Notes: generated by a model not told the origin, from the letters alone. A stretch of 64,000 nt of DNA from Paraspadella gotoi (GCA_051294375.1 CM119263.1:15974532-16038531); one strand, 5' to 3'; shown: positions 1 through 13,702, counted from the stretch's first letter. A program made the numbers and translations.

Positions 1-2112
1 GTATATGGAGTGCCTTGAGAACCCACAAAGCTCTGATCCAATCGTCAGGGGCGAAGATATGATCTTATTTTTACAGATGAATGGTTAATTTTTATAACGG
101 TTGTACCTAGTTTCATTAGCAACTTTAGGAAAAGAAAATAAAAATACTCAAATATCTCAACGACACTCATAAATTTTAAAAAATAATATATATATTCCAA
201 ACATAGAAATTTAAGTCTTTAATAATCAGGTAAAATCCTGAGTCGATAATGCCACATCCTAATTTTGATGCATAAAAATTTATAACGAAGCACGCAGAAC
301 ATGAAAAAAGGAACAAAAAAATACCTTCGAGGAAATGAGAGTTAAACATTGTCTTGAAAATAAAAGTCATTGAAGAAAAAAAATTGAAAGAAAACAGCAC
401 CAGAACAACATACCTTGGGGGGGGAGGAAATAAAAAAAAACCGAAAAAAACGAATACAGGAACTTGATGCAAATTCTGAGCTCAACGAGTTTTTCTAGTG
501 AAAGACAGAAAACGAGAAAATTCTGTCGGCAATTTCTTTCCATCTTTCGGTGTCACTCGACTCTTTCCGCCTTTAATTTTTAGTACTCGCTTATTGGAAG
601 CCTCTCTCTCTCTACTCGCTCTCTCTCTCTCTCTCTCTCTCCTCTTCTCTCTCCTCTCATCTCCTCTCTCCTCTCTCTCTCTGCTCAGAGCCATAAAAAA
701 CTTCTCGTATTTTCTTCTTTTTCTTCTCTGCACGAGTTTTTTCCTTATCTCCACTGGAAATAATTTTGACTAATGGGGGTTCGTGATAGGGTGTGTAAGT
801 TGGCGATAACATTGTCGCTTGAATAAAGGGCGGGTCGGAAGACAAAAGGGCGTGAGGGGTTGCGTCCCTGTGTGTGTGCGGGTTTTGGCATGTAAGCTTT
901 ATTGATGTGGACTGAACTTATCATTAGTGAATCAGTAGTTTTTGTCAGTCTGGAATATCGGCGTTGCCGCGCAGAGAATGATCTCGGACCGAGTTCTAGT
1001 GGAACCTAAAGGCTAAAGGAACAAAAAGGATTTCATTCTTAAAAGAATGAGAATTGTAAGACGTTCTTTTTAAAAACAAATTTTTGCATTAATTAATTTT
1101 CTCCTTTAGATTTTCCCCGCATGTGGGAAGGCATTTAAACAACAAAAGGAAAATGAAACCGTGGTCCAAGAAATCAAATAAAAAATAGTTAAAATAAAAA
1201 TTAACACTAAACAATTTTTAGTAAAGACCTATACTGTAAAAAAAGATCTTAACATCGATCGGCACCTGCGGTCTCCGCGGGTGATCCAGGCATGGAGGCC
1301 AAAATGAATGCAGAGGGAGGTGAGGATTGGGAGGCTGAGGCGGGGACTATGAGAGATCAAGGGGTGACAGTGTATAGTGGCGGTTTGTGGTTAGTTGAGC
1401 TAAGTGTTACATAGCGGTAATTGGAGGGGAAGCGGTGATCAAGGACCTTGGGCATAGTGGCCAAATAGGGAGAGGTAGAAGAAGGACGACCGAGGTGCGT
1501 AGATCGGGTTTTTGAGGAAAGCATTTATGCCATTGGGCCAAGCAATTGGGCCCAAGCCATTATGCCCAAGCTAATTTAACATTTCGAACTAAACTAAGAA
1601 AATTCGTTTTCAACCCCGAATTGATTTCGTAACGTAAATCAGTAGTAACTTTTATCAGTTTGTGCGTGGTATTGTTAAATTTTAGGGTTGTATTTTGTAT
1701 CGATCGATTATAAACGTTTTGCTTTAGCGATTTGCATTTGTTGTTGTCTTTCCTCTACTTGGTCGTCGCGTCGGTTCGTCGTCTCCAGGACAACCTCACG
1801 TCCCTTCTCTTCCCAAAGCTGTCGCGGCCCGACTATTTTTATCTTACAATTTTTATCTTGGGATTCTTTTCGCGTTTATCCTGTTTTTAACTGTCGATTA
1901 GGGACGCTGCAGTGACATTTTCGTCTCTCCGTGAGCTGTGAGATTCTCTGAGAGAAGTTTGTCAGGTAAAATGGATAACATTACAATTCTAGACTATGTG
2001 GTTATAAGGATAGTAACAGATTTTTTTAATTAATTCAAAGGCGTCGCCCATTCTTTACTAATCTAGAAAATGAAAAATAATTAATATATTGGAGCAAAAA
2101 AAAATGTTTTTT
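1..2112 (+). repeat. Direct duplicate (copy 1) of 3930-5920
   Basis: Colinear shared text throughout, e.g. ttctgagctcaacgagtttttc at ~474 and ~4363, and ctgtcgattagggacgctgcagtgacattttcgtctctccgtgagctgtgaga at ~1891 and ~5698. Differences are mostly single-base indels. Confidence 0.95.
1447..1570. repeat. Short inverted repeat plus ~14-bp tandem motif; possible MITE remnant (also at ~5270-5390)
   Basis: cttgggcatagtggc (1447-1461) is the reverse complement of gccattatgcccaag (1556-1570) at 14/15 positions. Three tandem variants (gccattgggccaa, gcaattgggcccaa, gccattatgcccaa) lie at 1529-1569. Confidence 0.4.
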
Positions 2113-2171
2113 TAGAAAGATGAAAAAGACAATGAGGTTAGGCTCAAAGATTATATTTTTCAATCATTTTG

Positions 2172-2196
2172 NNNNNNNNNNNNNNNNNNNNNNNNN
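2172..2196. other. Assembly gap of exactly 25 N (same size at 6726-6750, 17365-17389, 17914-17938, 26799-26823, 43662-43686, 56030-56054)
   Basis: Counted directly. Larger gaps are at 2434-2872, 8027-8190, 47556-47720, 48489-48706 and 56835-57015. Confidence 0.99.
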
Positions 2197-3929
2197 CTTC
2201 TCCTTTTCCACCGCCTCCTCCTCATCCTCTTCCTCCTTTTCCCGGGCTTTTTTCTCTCTACTCGGTTCTCGTCTTCTTTTTTGGTCCGTCTTAGCAAGTG
2301 TGACCCGCGATTCCACGACGAAGACGACGACGACGTCGACGACGACGAGTGCAACGACCCGATGACGTGACGCATCCGACGACGATGCCCGGTGAAATCT
2401 TTTGGCGGGGGACGAGAGAAAGAGGGAGATAGANNNNNNNNNNNNNNNNNNNNNNNNNNNNNNNNNNNNNNNNNNNNNNNNNNNNNNNNNNNNNNNNNNN
2501 NNNNNNNNNNNNNNNNNNNNNNNNNNNNNNNNNNNNNNNNNNNNNNNNNNNNNNNNNNNNNNNNNNNNNNNNNNNNNNNNNNNNNNNNNNNNNNNNNNNN
2601 NNNNNNNNNNNNNNNNNNNNNNNNNNNNNNNNNNNNNNNNNNNNNNNNNNNNNNNNNNNNNNNNNNNNNNNNNNNNNNNNNNNNNNNNNNNNNNNNNNNN
2701 NNNNNNNNNNNNNNNNNNNNNNNNNNNNNNNNNNNNNNNNNNNNNNNNNNNNNNNNNNNNNNNNNNNNNNNNNNNNNNNNNNNNNNNNNNNNNNNNNNNN
2801 NNNNNNNNNNNNNNNNNNNNNNNNNNNNNNNNNNNNNNNNNNNNNNNNNNNNNNNNNNNNNNNNNNNNNNNNCCGCTCGATTCCATGAGAAAACATTCCG
2901 TCGCACATTATGGAATTACGCTTTCGAAAATCCTCCATCGTTCATCGGACGTCTTCACTGTTTGTTCGTTCATTCGCCTGTCGTTCTTTAGATCGTTCGC
3001 CAGCTGTTCTTTATTATATCGTTCGCTGGATTATCGCCTTCCCTTCCTTCGCTGCAACTTAGTCTGGATGTCCCAATGGAACCGAAGAGGGCCACAGGCC
3101 GCGCAGCGAATTTGCATCAAATCCGCAATATGCTGCAAATATTCCGAAAAAAAAATATCCGTCGACGTTTAAAAAAAATTCGAAAAGAAAATTGGAAATA
3201 AAATCTTGGCAAATTTGTTTTTAAAGTTTTTATTTTCTACGTATTTAAACGCGTCATTCCGCCTAGTTGTTTGGGCGTAGATCACCATAAGATTATTTGT
3301 AAAATACTCCCGCTACAAAAATTATAAATTTTTTTAGTTACGAGGAGAAAACGTAAGGAATTATCTTTTGTGATTTCCCACTGGCCTAGAAACTCGTAAG
3401 AATTTTAAAGATAGGAAAGGGCTTATGAGAAAAATTAGTGAGATAAATCGAAAGTTAAAAAATAGGAAGTAAAAAAAAATTAGAAATTGCATCTTGGGAG
3501 AGGTATTAAATAAATGAAATGAAAACTGAATGCAGAATATTAGGAAAATTTAGAAACTCATTAATGATATTAAAATCATTAGTGTAAGTATACCAAATCG
3601 TATTAGATAATTTCAGAGTCAGGATTCTGGTAGGATTAGTGTCTAATAATACTTGATAATTAATTCGGTCTTGCATACCAGATGGAAAATAATAAAACAT
3701 AGTAGATTTAATAATTTATTCATTATGAAAGAGCACTGTACTGCGAAGACTTCTGTCTTCCTCTTTGGTGCAAACATGAAATGGAAAAATTTTGTCTCGA
3801 AGGCTCATCACAGAACTACTTTAACGGAAGTCTCTACCTTCTCACTATTATGATTATATTATATTATTATATTATATTATGATAATATGAAGAAGGAAGA
3901 AGACAAAGCTTGCTAAGTCATTATCTTGT

Positions 3930-4473
3930 ACGAGTGATGGAGGCCTTAAACCACCAAAGCCTGACCAATGTCAGGGGCAAGATAGTTTATTTATTAAATG
4001 AATGGTTAATTTTATAACGGTTGTACCTATTTCATAGCAACTTTGAGAAAAGAAAATAAAAATACTCAAATATTCAACGACACCATAAATTTTAAATAAA
4101 ATATTATATATTCCAAAATAGAAATTTTAAGTCTTTAATAATAGTAAAATCCTGAGTCAAATGCCACATCCTAATTTTGATGCATAGAAAATTTATAACG
4201 AAGACAGAACTGAAAAAAGGAACAAAAAAATCTGAGGAAATGACGTGTAAAACATTTTCTTGAAAATAAAAGTCATTGAAAGAAAATTGAAAAAACAGCA
4301 CCAGAAAACATAACTTGGGGGGGGGAAAAAACGAAAAACGAATACAGGAACTTGAGTGAAATTCTGAGCTCAACGAGTTTTTCTCGGTGAAAGAGAAAAA
4401 AAAATTTTCTTCCGCCCTTCATTTCGTGTCACTCGACTCTTTCCCCTTTAATTTTTTAGTACTCGCTTATTTG

Positions 4474-4527
<54 letters not shown>

Positions 4528-5920
4528 CTCAGAGCCATAAAAAACTTCTCTATTTTTCTTCTTTTTCTTCTCTGCAGAGTTTTTTTCCTTATCTCCACTG
4601 GAAACTAATTTGACTAATGGGGGTTCCGTGATAGGGTGTGTATGGCGATAACATGGTTGGAATAAAGGGCGGGTCGGAAGACAAAAGGCGTGAGGGGTTG
4701 GTCCCTGTGTGTGGTGGGGTTTTGTGATGTAAGCTTTATTGATGGGTACTGAACTTATCATTAGTGAATCAGTAGTTTTTGTCAGCTGGAATAATCGGGC
4801 GTGCCGCGCAGAGAATGATCTCGGGACCAGTTCTAGTGGAACCTAAAGGCTAAAGGAACAAAAAGGATTTCATTCTTTAAAAGAATGTAGGAATTGTAAG
4901 AACTTCTTTTTAAAAAAAATTTTTGAATTAATTTTTCTCCTTAGATTTCCCCCGCATGTGGGAAAGGCATTAAAAGCAAAAGAAAATGAAACCGTGGGTC
5001 CAAGAAAATCAAATAAAAAAGTAGAAATAAAAATTAAACTAAACAATTTTAGTAAAATATATAAAAAAAAGGATCTTAAGCATCGATCGCACCCTGGGTC
5101 GCCGCGGGTGATCAGGATTGAGGCAAAATGAATGCAGGTGGAAGGTGAGGATGGGAGGCTGAGGCGGGGACTATGAGAGATCAAGGGGTGACCATTTGCG
5201 TTATAGTGGCGGTTGAGGTTAGTTGAAGCTAATCAGTGTTTACATGGGTAATGGGGGAGTGATTCAGACCTTCGGGCATAGTGGCAAAACGGAAATGGAG
5301 AAGAGGGGACGAGCCGAGTGTAGATGGTTTTGAGAAAGCATTAGTCCCATTGGGCCAAGCCATTGGGCCCAAAGCCATTATGCCCAAGCCTAATTTAACA
5401 TTTCGAAACTAAACTAAGAAATTGTTTCAACCCAGAATTGATTCGTAACGTAAAATCAAGTAACTTTTATCATTTTGGTTGTTAAATTTTAGGGTTGTAT
5501 TTTGTATCGATCGATTATAAACCGTTTTGCTTTAGCCGATTTGCATTTGTTGTTGTCTTTCCTCTTGGTCGTCGTCGTCGTCGTCGTCTCCAGGACAACC
5601 TCACGTCCCTTCTCTTGCCCAAAGCTGTCGCGGGCCCGACTATTTTTGTCTTAAATTTTTATCTTGGGATTCTTTTTCGCGTTTACCTGTTTTATAACTG
5701 TCGATTAGGGACGCTGCAGTGACATTTTCGTCTCTCCGTGAGCTGTGAGATTTCTGAGAGAAGTTTGTCAGTAAAATGGATTAACATTACAATTCTAGAC
5801 TATGTGGTATAAGGAATAGTAACAGATTTTTTTTAATAAATTCAAAGCGTCGACCCAATTCTTTACCTAATCTAGAAAATGAAAATAATTAATATATTGG
5901 AGCAAAAAAAAAATGTTTTT
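3930..5920 (+). repeat. Direct duplicate (copy 2) of 1-2112
   Basis: Same landmarks in the same order. ORFs 1688..1915 and 5495..5722 are indel variants of each other. Confidence 0.95.
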
Positions 5921-5937
5921 AAAAAAGAGAGAGATGC

Positions 5938-7255
5938 AAGGATTAGAGCTTATTCCGTTGACCCTTGGATCAGATACGGGCCTTGAAAATTTAAATCGCA
6001 ACCTGCCTGAGCTCAGTTAACGACGAAGAAAAACGAAGAGAGTAAATAAACCTGAAGACTCATTAAAGTTATATTTACAATTGAAAGAATAAAACTCTAC
6101 TCTGGCTCCTCTATCTGAAAATTGGGGCGAGAGAGTCTTTCCATTCTCCCTGTCACTCTCATGTCGACATCCACTTAATACTGCCGAACTTGTATTCCCA
6201 TCTAAATGCTCTGGGAAACGTTAATTAATAAATGAATGACAAGACTCGGGCGTCGATTTGATTCATTCTCGGGATTTAAAACAGTGCGTTTTCTGTGTTA
6301 ATTAATATTCACGATAGTTAAATAATTAAATTTCTTCGCGAGCATGGCGAGGGAGGTAATTGGTCGTCAAGACGAAGAATACATTTTTTTCGAGAGTCCA
6401 TCGGTTAGGTAACGGGTCGTGGACTCAACTTTTTTTACTTTGGGTTTGGACCCTCTTAATTTTCTATCTAGTTGGCTTCTATGGAAAGAAATTATTGCTA
6501 CAAAATAATAGTCGGGCCTATAATGAAAGAAACCCAGCGTATGCAAGTAATTAAAAATTATACGGAGATGAAAGATATAAAAAAAAGGAAAATAAGGAAA
6601 AGAAATAATAAAATTTTGAAAAAAATTGGATCTCAGAATTTGTCCTTGAATTTTTTTTTTTGTTCAAATGATTGAGAAATAATTAATCTTGGCCTCACGC
6701 TCATTGTCTTTTTCATCTTTTCTGANNNNNNNNNNNNNNNNNNNNNNNNNCAAGATTACTTATTCCGTTGACCCTTGGAATTCAGATTACGCTTGAAAAA
6801 GAATGCAACCCTGACCTGAGCTGCAGTTAAACGAACGAAGAAGAACGATAGAGAGTAGAATAAACTAGAAAGACTATTAGTATATTTACAATGAAAATAA
6901 AATCATACTACTGCTCTCCTATCCTGAAAATGGGGCGAGAGAGTCTTTCCATCTCCCTCACTCTCTGTCGACATCCACTTAATTACTGCCGAACCTGGTT
7001 ATTGCCATCTAAATGCTAACTGGGAAACGTTAATTAATAAATGAATGGACAAGTGCGGCGTGTCTCGGTATTTGAATTTCATTTTGCTCGAATGTGCGTA
7101 ATTTTTAGTTTGAATTAAAACCTATTTGTCTGTTTACATAAAATAAAACAGTATTTAACTTACAAATTGTCCATAGGGGTATAAATATTAAAAATTCTTC
7201 GTTGACGAGTGTTGCTGAGGAGATCGAATCGACTTTAAATTGGAACCGTCGATCA
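5938..7255 (+). repeat. Noisy direct duplication 5938-~6375 / 6751-~7255 across a 25-N gap
   Basis: cttattccgttgacccttgga, ggggcgagagagtctttcca, gtcgacatccacttaat and tgggaaacgttaattaataaatgaatg occur in both copies in the same order. Confidence 0.9.
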
Positions 7256-7903
7256 GTCGATTCCATGATGGGGTCAATGTTTATCTAGTTGTCGTTGTCG
7301 TTGTTGTAATTGTTTTCAAATCCCCTGTCGTTTCCGCTCGACACACAATCACAACTCGAGCCCTTCGATAATTCCTTCGCCCACGCCGAAAAATGTTTTT
7401 CGTTGGATTTAGAAAAAAGAACCGCACCAGTTTATCTAATGACGTTCGCTCGCGCCTTTCTCATTTTTTTTATGGATTCTCGCACCATTTTTTATGGTCA
7501 TTTTTGGCGTCGTTTTTAGCGCCTTTCAAAAAATATCGGAGACGCCATACCCAATATCACTTGATGCGTCTTGAGCTAAAAACTGTCACAAATTTATGGG
7601 TCTTCAATTTTTGGAAACCCCCTCCAAGAAAACTCTTTGAAAACGACGGCGCTTCTTCAGAAAAAAGTGAGCGCTAAGCGCTAAGTCGTCTTCCATCCTT
7701 TTTCCTTTTTACAATCTTGTTTGTCCCGTTGGCAACGACATTCGATCGCAAGGAAATGAAGAGACGTCAACTCGTTCTACGGTGCATTCGTGGTGCGAAA
7801 CGAAGCAGCGACATTCCGCCATCTTTTTCTCTCCCGCGACTCCTCCTCCAGGCACGAAGATGAAAAGAGCTCGAAACTCGTTTATGCAAAAATCCCGATT
7901 GCT

Positions 7904-7933
7904 TCTGACTGCATCTGACTGCATCTGACTGCA
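7904..7933. repeat. 10-bp tandem repeat (tctgactgca) x3
   Basis: Read directly. Further gactgca cores at ~8213 and ~8274. Confidence 0.85.
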
Positions 7934-8492
7934 TAACGTGACTCGGGACCATTTCGTCGCATTTCATTGCGATGTTGCTTGGCTTGGATTTAAGCTCGGT
8001 TGTCATTTGATTGTAACCCATCTTCGNNNNNNNNNNNNNNNNNNNNNNNNNNNNNNNNNNNNNNNNNNNNNNNNNNNNNNNNNNNNNNNNNNNNNNNNNN
8101 NNNNNNNNNNNNNNNNNNNNNNNNNNNNNNNNNNNNNNNNNNNNNNNNNNNNNNNNNNNNNNNNNNNNNNNNNNNNNNNNNNNNNNNNNNTCGTAACTAC
8201 GGCAAAAGTCAGGACTGCACATTCTAGGCGCATGCTCAGAAAAAGCGTTAAATTGAACGAAATATTGAGTTTTGACTGCAACTCGATTTTGGCCTTTCGA
8301 AATTCAAATCATCGTTCAGTGAAAATTCGTTCGAGTGACGTTTGACGACAAGCCGTCAACAAAACTATTCGCTCGAGGAAAAAAAAACTGGATTTGAAAA
8401 AATAAATGTAAATTTCCTTAGTCTGGGAAATAATAGTTTAGTATTGAGAGTAATATTGCAATATAAAAAGCGCTTTATTTTTTTCGACTTAT

Positions 8493-8738
8493 TTATCGTT
8501 CGACTTCAATAGTCCTAATCAATTCTTGTTTCTTGGTGTACAGCGCAGCGGCTGCTGCGCGCTCAACTCGTTGCTCGTCCGCTCCAATTTGCTGCTTTCT
8601 TAGATTTTTCTTTTCTTTTCTTGGTTGTTGTTGTCTTTTGTTTGTTTGTTGCGACTCGCGAGCCGTCGCTCTTTTCACGCTGAGGCCATCTCGCGATTTC
8701 GCGATCCATTTCCTTTTGCTCGGGGAACTAAAAGACAA
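8493..8738 (-). CDS. Possible terminal coding exon, unknown product
   Basis: Protein-like helical C-terminus (KQQIGADEQRVERAAAAALYTKKQELIRTIEVER*) followed within ~20 nt by AATAAA on the minus strand (tttatt at ~8474). No homology recognised. Confidence 0.25.
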   Translation of the reverse strand: MSFSSPSKRKWIAKSRDGLSVKRATARESQQTNKRQQQPRKEKKNLRKQQIGADEQRVERAAAAALYTKKQELIRTIEVER

Positions 8739-8958
8739 CGTGGCGCAGGGGGGGGGGGCAGGCGAGGGGAGGAGAAGGATCGGGTCGGGACGTGGAGGAG
8801 ACGGAAAGATAAGAAGAAAGTATCAAACAGTGGGAACGCTTGGGGGGGGAGAGAGAGAGAGGAGAGGAGAGAGAGAGAGAGGAAGAGAGAGAAAGAGAGG
8901 AGGAGAGAGAGAGAGCGAGAAGAAAAGAAATGAAGAGAAAAATGGGAAAAATGGTGAC

Positions 8959-9440
8959 AAGGACCAGCGAACTTTGGATTGAAGATGGACGTAGTTAGAA
9001 GGGAACGAAGGATCGCAAGGGAAGCGGACGAAAGGGATTATCATTTCTCAGAGAGGTGAGTGACGTTTGAGGTGAGGTTGTGGTCTTAAGTTGCGGATCT
9101 TCGGGCGAAGATGTGGAGAGAAGAAAAAGAGTTTGGATACGGGTCTGAGAATTTATCGAAGAACAAAAAGAGAATAATGAGAGGAATTAGAAAGAAGGGA
9201 CGATCCAATTCCTTAATCAGTCTCGGTCGTTCAGGTGCTTCATTGGCCTCACTTTTCTTTTGTTTCCTAAATTCTATCTCTCTTCTCTTCTACTATATAT
9301 TGATGGATTTCGTCTCACTCTTATTCAGTCCCTTGTTCTCCTCTCTCGACGATATTTTTGCAAACCTCCTCGATAAAGTGAAGTTTAGATTCAATCAGGA
9401 AACGTGCTCCTTTTCGGTTATTTCAAGCGGGGAATAAAAA
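8959..9440 (+). repeat. Direct duplicate of 17390-17872
   Basis: Both run from aaggac..gaactttggattga to gttatttcaagcggggaataaaa. The second copy is a small island between two 25-N gaps. Confidence 0.93.
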
Positions 9441-10645
9441 AAATATTGTCTTTCTCCGAAAAATATTTTTGAGAGAGAGAGAGAAAGAGAGAGAGAGAAG
9501 AGAGAGAGAGAGAAAGAGAGGAGAGAGAAGAGAGAGAGAGAGAGAGATGAGGAGAGAGTAGAGAGAGGAGAGAGAGAGAGAGAGAGAGTAGAGAGAGAAG
9601 AGGGAGAGAGACAGAGGGTGAACAGAGAGAGGGAAAGAAGTAAAAATCGTAAAGAGAATAGACAATAATTTCCAGTTTAAATAAAGGAACTAAAGAAGAA
9701 ATATAATGTGGTCTGAAATATCGGAGGACACAATTTTTTACTAAAAAAAAAATTAAAAAAAAAAGGAGAGTGTAGATTCGATTAGAGTCGTGAGAAAATT
9801 TTCACGTTGCTTACTGGCTCACTCACAAAAGCAGGTGTCTGAATACCTGCATGCTGGGTTTTCGTTTTATTTTCCCCTTTTTTACTTTCGTACTCGTCGG
9901 GTTTTTCTTTTCGTCCCTTTTTCTTCGCTAACTTCGGTTTCGTTTGTATTTTTTTTCTCCCATTTTTTTTCATGCTTTGTTTTCTTCTTCTGGTTTTTTT
10001 TCCTTTTTTTGGTTTTTCTCTTTGTTTCTTACATTCGATTTAAAGAGTCGAAGATAATCTGCGTCGTTATCCATAGCTAACTTTGTCGATGAGGTTGTCA
10101 CATTTACTGCAAAAGAAGATGTTTTTTGACATTTCCGTAATCTAAAACCAAATTTGGACACGTTTATCTCTCGTGGAAATTTTTCTTTTTGGTCTATTGG
10201 CTCGAAAGGAATTTGAGGAGTTATACGGAAGCGCGGTCATGTGAGTGCGTTTCATGCATAGACGAACGATGTCTTCCCAACTACAAACTACGACAGGAAA
10301 CGCACCAGATTTCACTCGAATCGACGATGGCTTTTCATGCTTTTTTTTTCTTTCTCTTTTCTTTCCCTTTTTTCCTTTTTTTTCGTCGTTTCGTCTCGAC
10401 TCTCGTCAAACTGACCAAAAAATGTCTTTTTGTTCTTTCTTTGGCACCACCAGGGCGCGCACGGGCGGACACCGGTCGCGCAGTGTGCGACGCGGGGGCC
10501 TTTGGACGCTTTTGGCTCCCTCCCTCCTTTTTTTCGTCGCTCATCGGTAAAAGTTGACATTCTAGTGGAGCGAGAAGTCAACCGGCTCGGTTGGAACTGT
10601 CCGGTTTTCTTGACCATCGTTGGTCTTCCTCCCTCTTCTCTCTCT

Positions 10646-10679
<34 letters not shown>

Positions 10680-13600
10680 GCTCTCTCTCTCTCTCTCTTT
10701 CTGCTTCTTCTTCTCCCTCCTCTCTCTGCTCTCTCTCTCTCTCTCACCCCAGCCCATAAAGTGGAAAGGGCGCCAAAAATCGAGGCTGAACCTGCCGGAG
10801 ATTTTTTTGCGGTCAACATAAAATTCCGCTGTTTTAATATTTCACGTTGTCGAATCTTCGTCATATCTCTTCTTCACCCAACCTTCGTTTTGTTCTCAGT
10901 TTTTTTCCATACATTCTTTATTCGTGCCCATCTTGTTTTTTTTATTATTGTTTCTTTGTTTGTTTCCTATATTTGTTCTGTTCTCTCGTGTATTTCCGGT
11001 CTATTTTTATCGACACATATCTGGCCTCGTCATTTTTCTTCGTCTTTCGTTGTTTTTCGATAAAATTCCCTGTCGATATTCACTTCAAAATTTTCATGGT
11101 CGTCCTCGTCGTTCGTCGTGTTCGTCGTCCCTCTTCTTCGGTCGGACGTTCGCAAGACAACGATGAAAGCTAAAGTGAGTTCTTCGTTGCCAAACGCGAT
11201 TCGCATTCTCCATCAAGCGAAGCGGAGCGAGCGACAGAGGTGGCGACTGCGAGAGGCGAACGGCAGCATGATTCATGCAATAGACAATCTTGAATGTTGT
11301 AAATCAAACGCACGTGATGAAATGGCAATGGAGAAGAGAGGAATTCCTCGGAAAGGCAAAACAGAGAAATGAAATGCAAGGAAGAGTCTAAATCCAAGGA
11401 CTGAAGCAGCAAATCTGTTATTGGAGAAACTAGATTGCGCAGCAGCGAGAGGAAGAGAGAGGGCGTTTCCGCCTGGCCTGTTTTAACTTTCACCAAATGT
11501 TTTTTTAGGAGATTTAATCGTCGCTCATTAATTCTTTCATTTCTTTCGATTTTTCGGGACGGGAAGCGAAATGAAGGCGCGATTAGGAATCATCTTTGGT
11601 TGATGTGATGATGTTTGTTGGTCGGCGTGATATTATTGGAGAAATTCTGCATTTCTAAGGAATTAACTCGCAACGAATGGTGTGGGAAAGTACGTGATTT
11701 GCCCGTTCGAGTCAAGCAAACCGGTTAAGTATGTTCAGGCGTTTTCCGACTTTATTTATGCTCCATGAATACGGTAAGGGTTAAAAAAAGCTGTCTGCAT
11801 CTTTGCTTTGTTTTTAATAACTTTTTTATTTTCTTTCTTTTTTTTTTTTTTTTTTGCTCTTTGTGGCTGAGTGCAATTTGGTTGGGCGATTGCGGTAAGG
11901 CGTCGTTCAATGGCCAAACCGTCCCCAACGCGTAAGAATCGGTTTCGAACATTTTAGCTTTTTTTCGTCGCTTACTTCTTTTTAAAGCATCGCCTAATTT
12001 GTTTTTTTTTTTTTTTTGGGCATAACGTTCGAGTTCTCTCACATTTTCCGCTGAAAAAGAAAAAAAAAAAGATTGAGATTCTTTGTGTCATGTCGGGCCG
12101 ATTTGCAATTAAACGTTTAACCATAGTGGCAATTCATATGAAATCCGCATCGATCCGCCTCGCGTTTCAGGCGCGCACAGCGACCATATATTCGGCCATT
12201 TCCCAAAAAGCTTATTTGTTAACGTCAACGCCCGCCACATATTTCCGGGACGTCAACGGGCCAGAACGCTCCTCCGTCAAGGATGCGCCCTCTTTAGGCA
12301 TCGTCGTCTTTGACCCCAGGAAATAATTCTCGCCTCTCTAATGGGGATTTCAAGGGCACTGCGATAGGAGAGCCGAGAAAAAAGAAGAGGCAGGGCAGGG
12401 TGAGAAGAGAGAGAGAGAGAGAGAGAGAGAACGAGAGAGAGAGAGAGAGGGAGAGAGAGAGAGAGGAGAGAGAGAGGAGAGGAGAGAGAGAGTTGATTTG
12501 CGGAGCGGAGAACCGTCTTTTGTCTCTCCTCTCTCTCTCACTGACTCATCTTTCATCTGTCGGGCTTAAACGTAGGTGAGAGTAACCGTTTAAGGCCTAA
12601 CGGGATTTTGAATTGTGGAATCGAGATCGAGAATTAACAGGAAATAATATATAATTTGCGGTTTCCTTACTTTAATCGTTTGTTCGGCATCCTGCACTAA
12701 ATAAATCGTTAATTAAAAAACTTTAATCTCTCAACTTAATAAGAAGTGCGCTCTGCTCTTATTTTTTTGAAAAAAAGTCGAATTTTATTTCTCTTGGCGC
12801 CGCTCGCTATTCTTTTTTGCCTTCTCATTCCTTTTTTTTTCTCTACTTCCACATGACTGTTTTTTTTTTCCCTTTCGCGTGCCAATTGTTCCCGATTCTG
12901 ACCGAAATGTCGCGTGAATCCGACTTACTTTTTTTTTCGCCGCCCTTCAGTATTTCTGGGGTGTTCGCTAAATAAAACTGGGCCGAACCGCGAAGGGCAC
13001 ACAACCCCCGTTCCTTTGAAACTCCTACTTTGCCCGAAGGTCTAGTTCTGGACCCTCCGATTTATCCTTCCGCCCCGACTACAAAAGGATTTTCACGGTC
13101 GTCTGTCCTAGGTTATTTACTCTTTTGAATGACTTTGGCCTTTTTTTTTTGTCTTTTCCTTTTGTTTTTTTTCTTTTCTAGTTTTTTTCACACTTTGGCC
13201 TAACTTTTCTTTTGCCTTTTTTAGGTTTTTTTTTGTTTTTTGTTTTTCGCTTCAAGTTCAACTCTTCTCGGGCGGGCTTTTTTTGCTTTGTCTTTTTTAG
13301 GCTCTTGGTCGCCCATGATTTTTCCCTTCTTCATTTCTTTTATCCTTCCTCCGATTCCCTAATTTTTTTTCCTTTTGCCTCATCGTTCTAATTCATCTCC
13401 TTTAGTCTATCATTCTCCTCGGTTTTTTTCTTCCCCGCATTAATCCATCTTGATTCCTCACCAAATGCATCATATTAAAATCGCTTTCGAATTAACACAA
13501 TGATGTCCGTGAGAATATAATATTTTTTAAAATGAGAGAAAATTCCGACGGACAAAGGAGCGGCAAACGAGAATTGGTCAAATTGAAACTTTAAATTTTA

Positions 13601-13702
13601 AAATATCGTCGAGAAAAAAAAAGTGTCATTAATAATTTCGTGACGGAGGAAAAACAAGAGAAGAATTAAGAAGAAAATGGGAGGAAAACAAGGAGAAGAA
13701 AG

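Noticed and set aside
2160-3172. ORFs of 200-256 aa spanning N runs (similar ones at 7767-8345, 47475-48818 and 56482-57145)
   Set aside because: They are open only because N codons cannot be stops.
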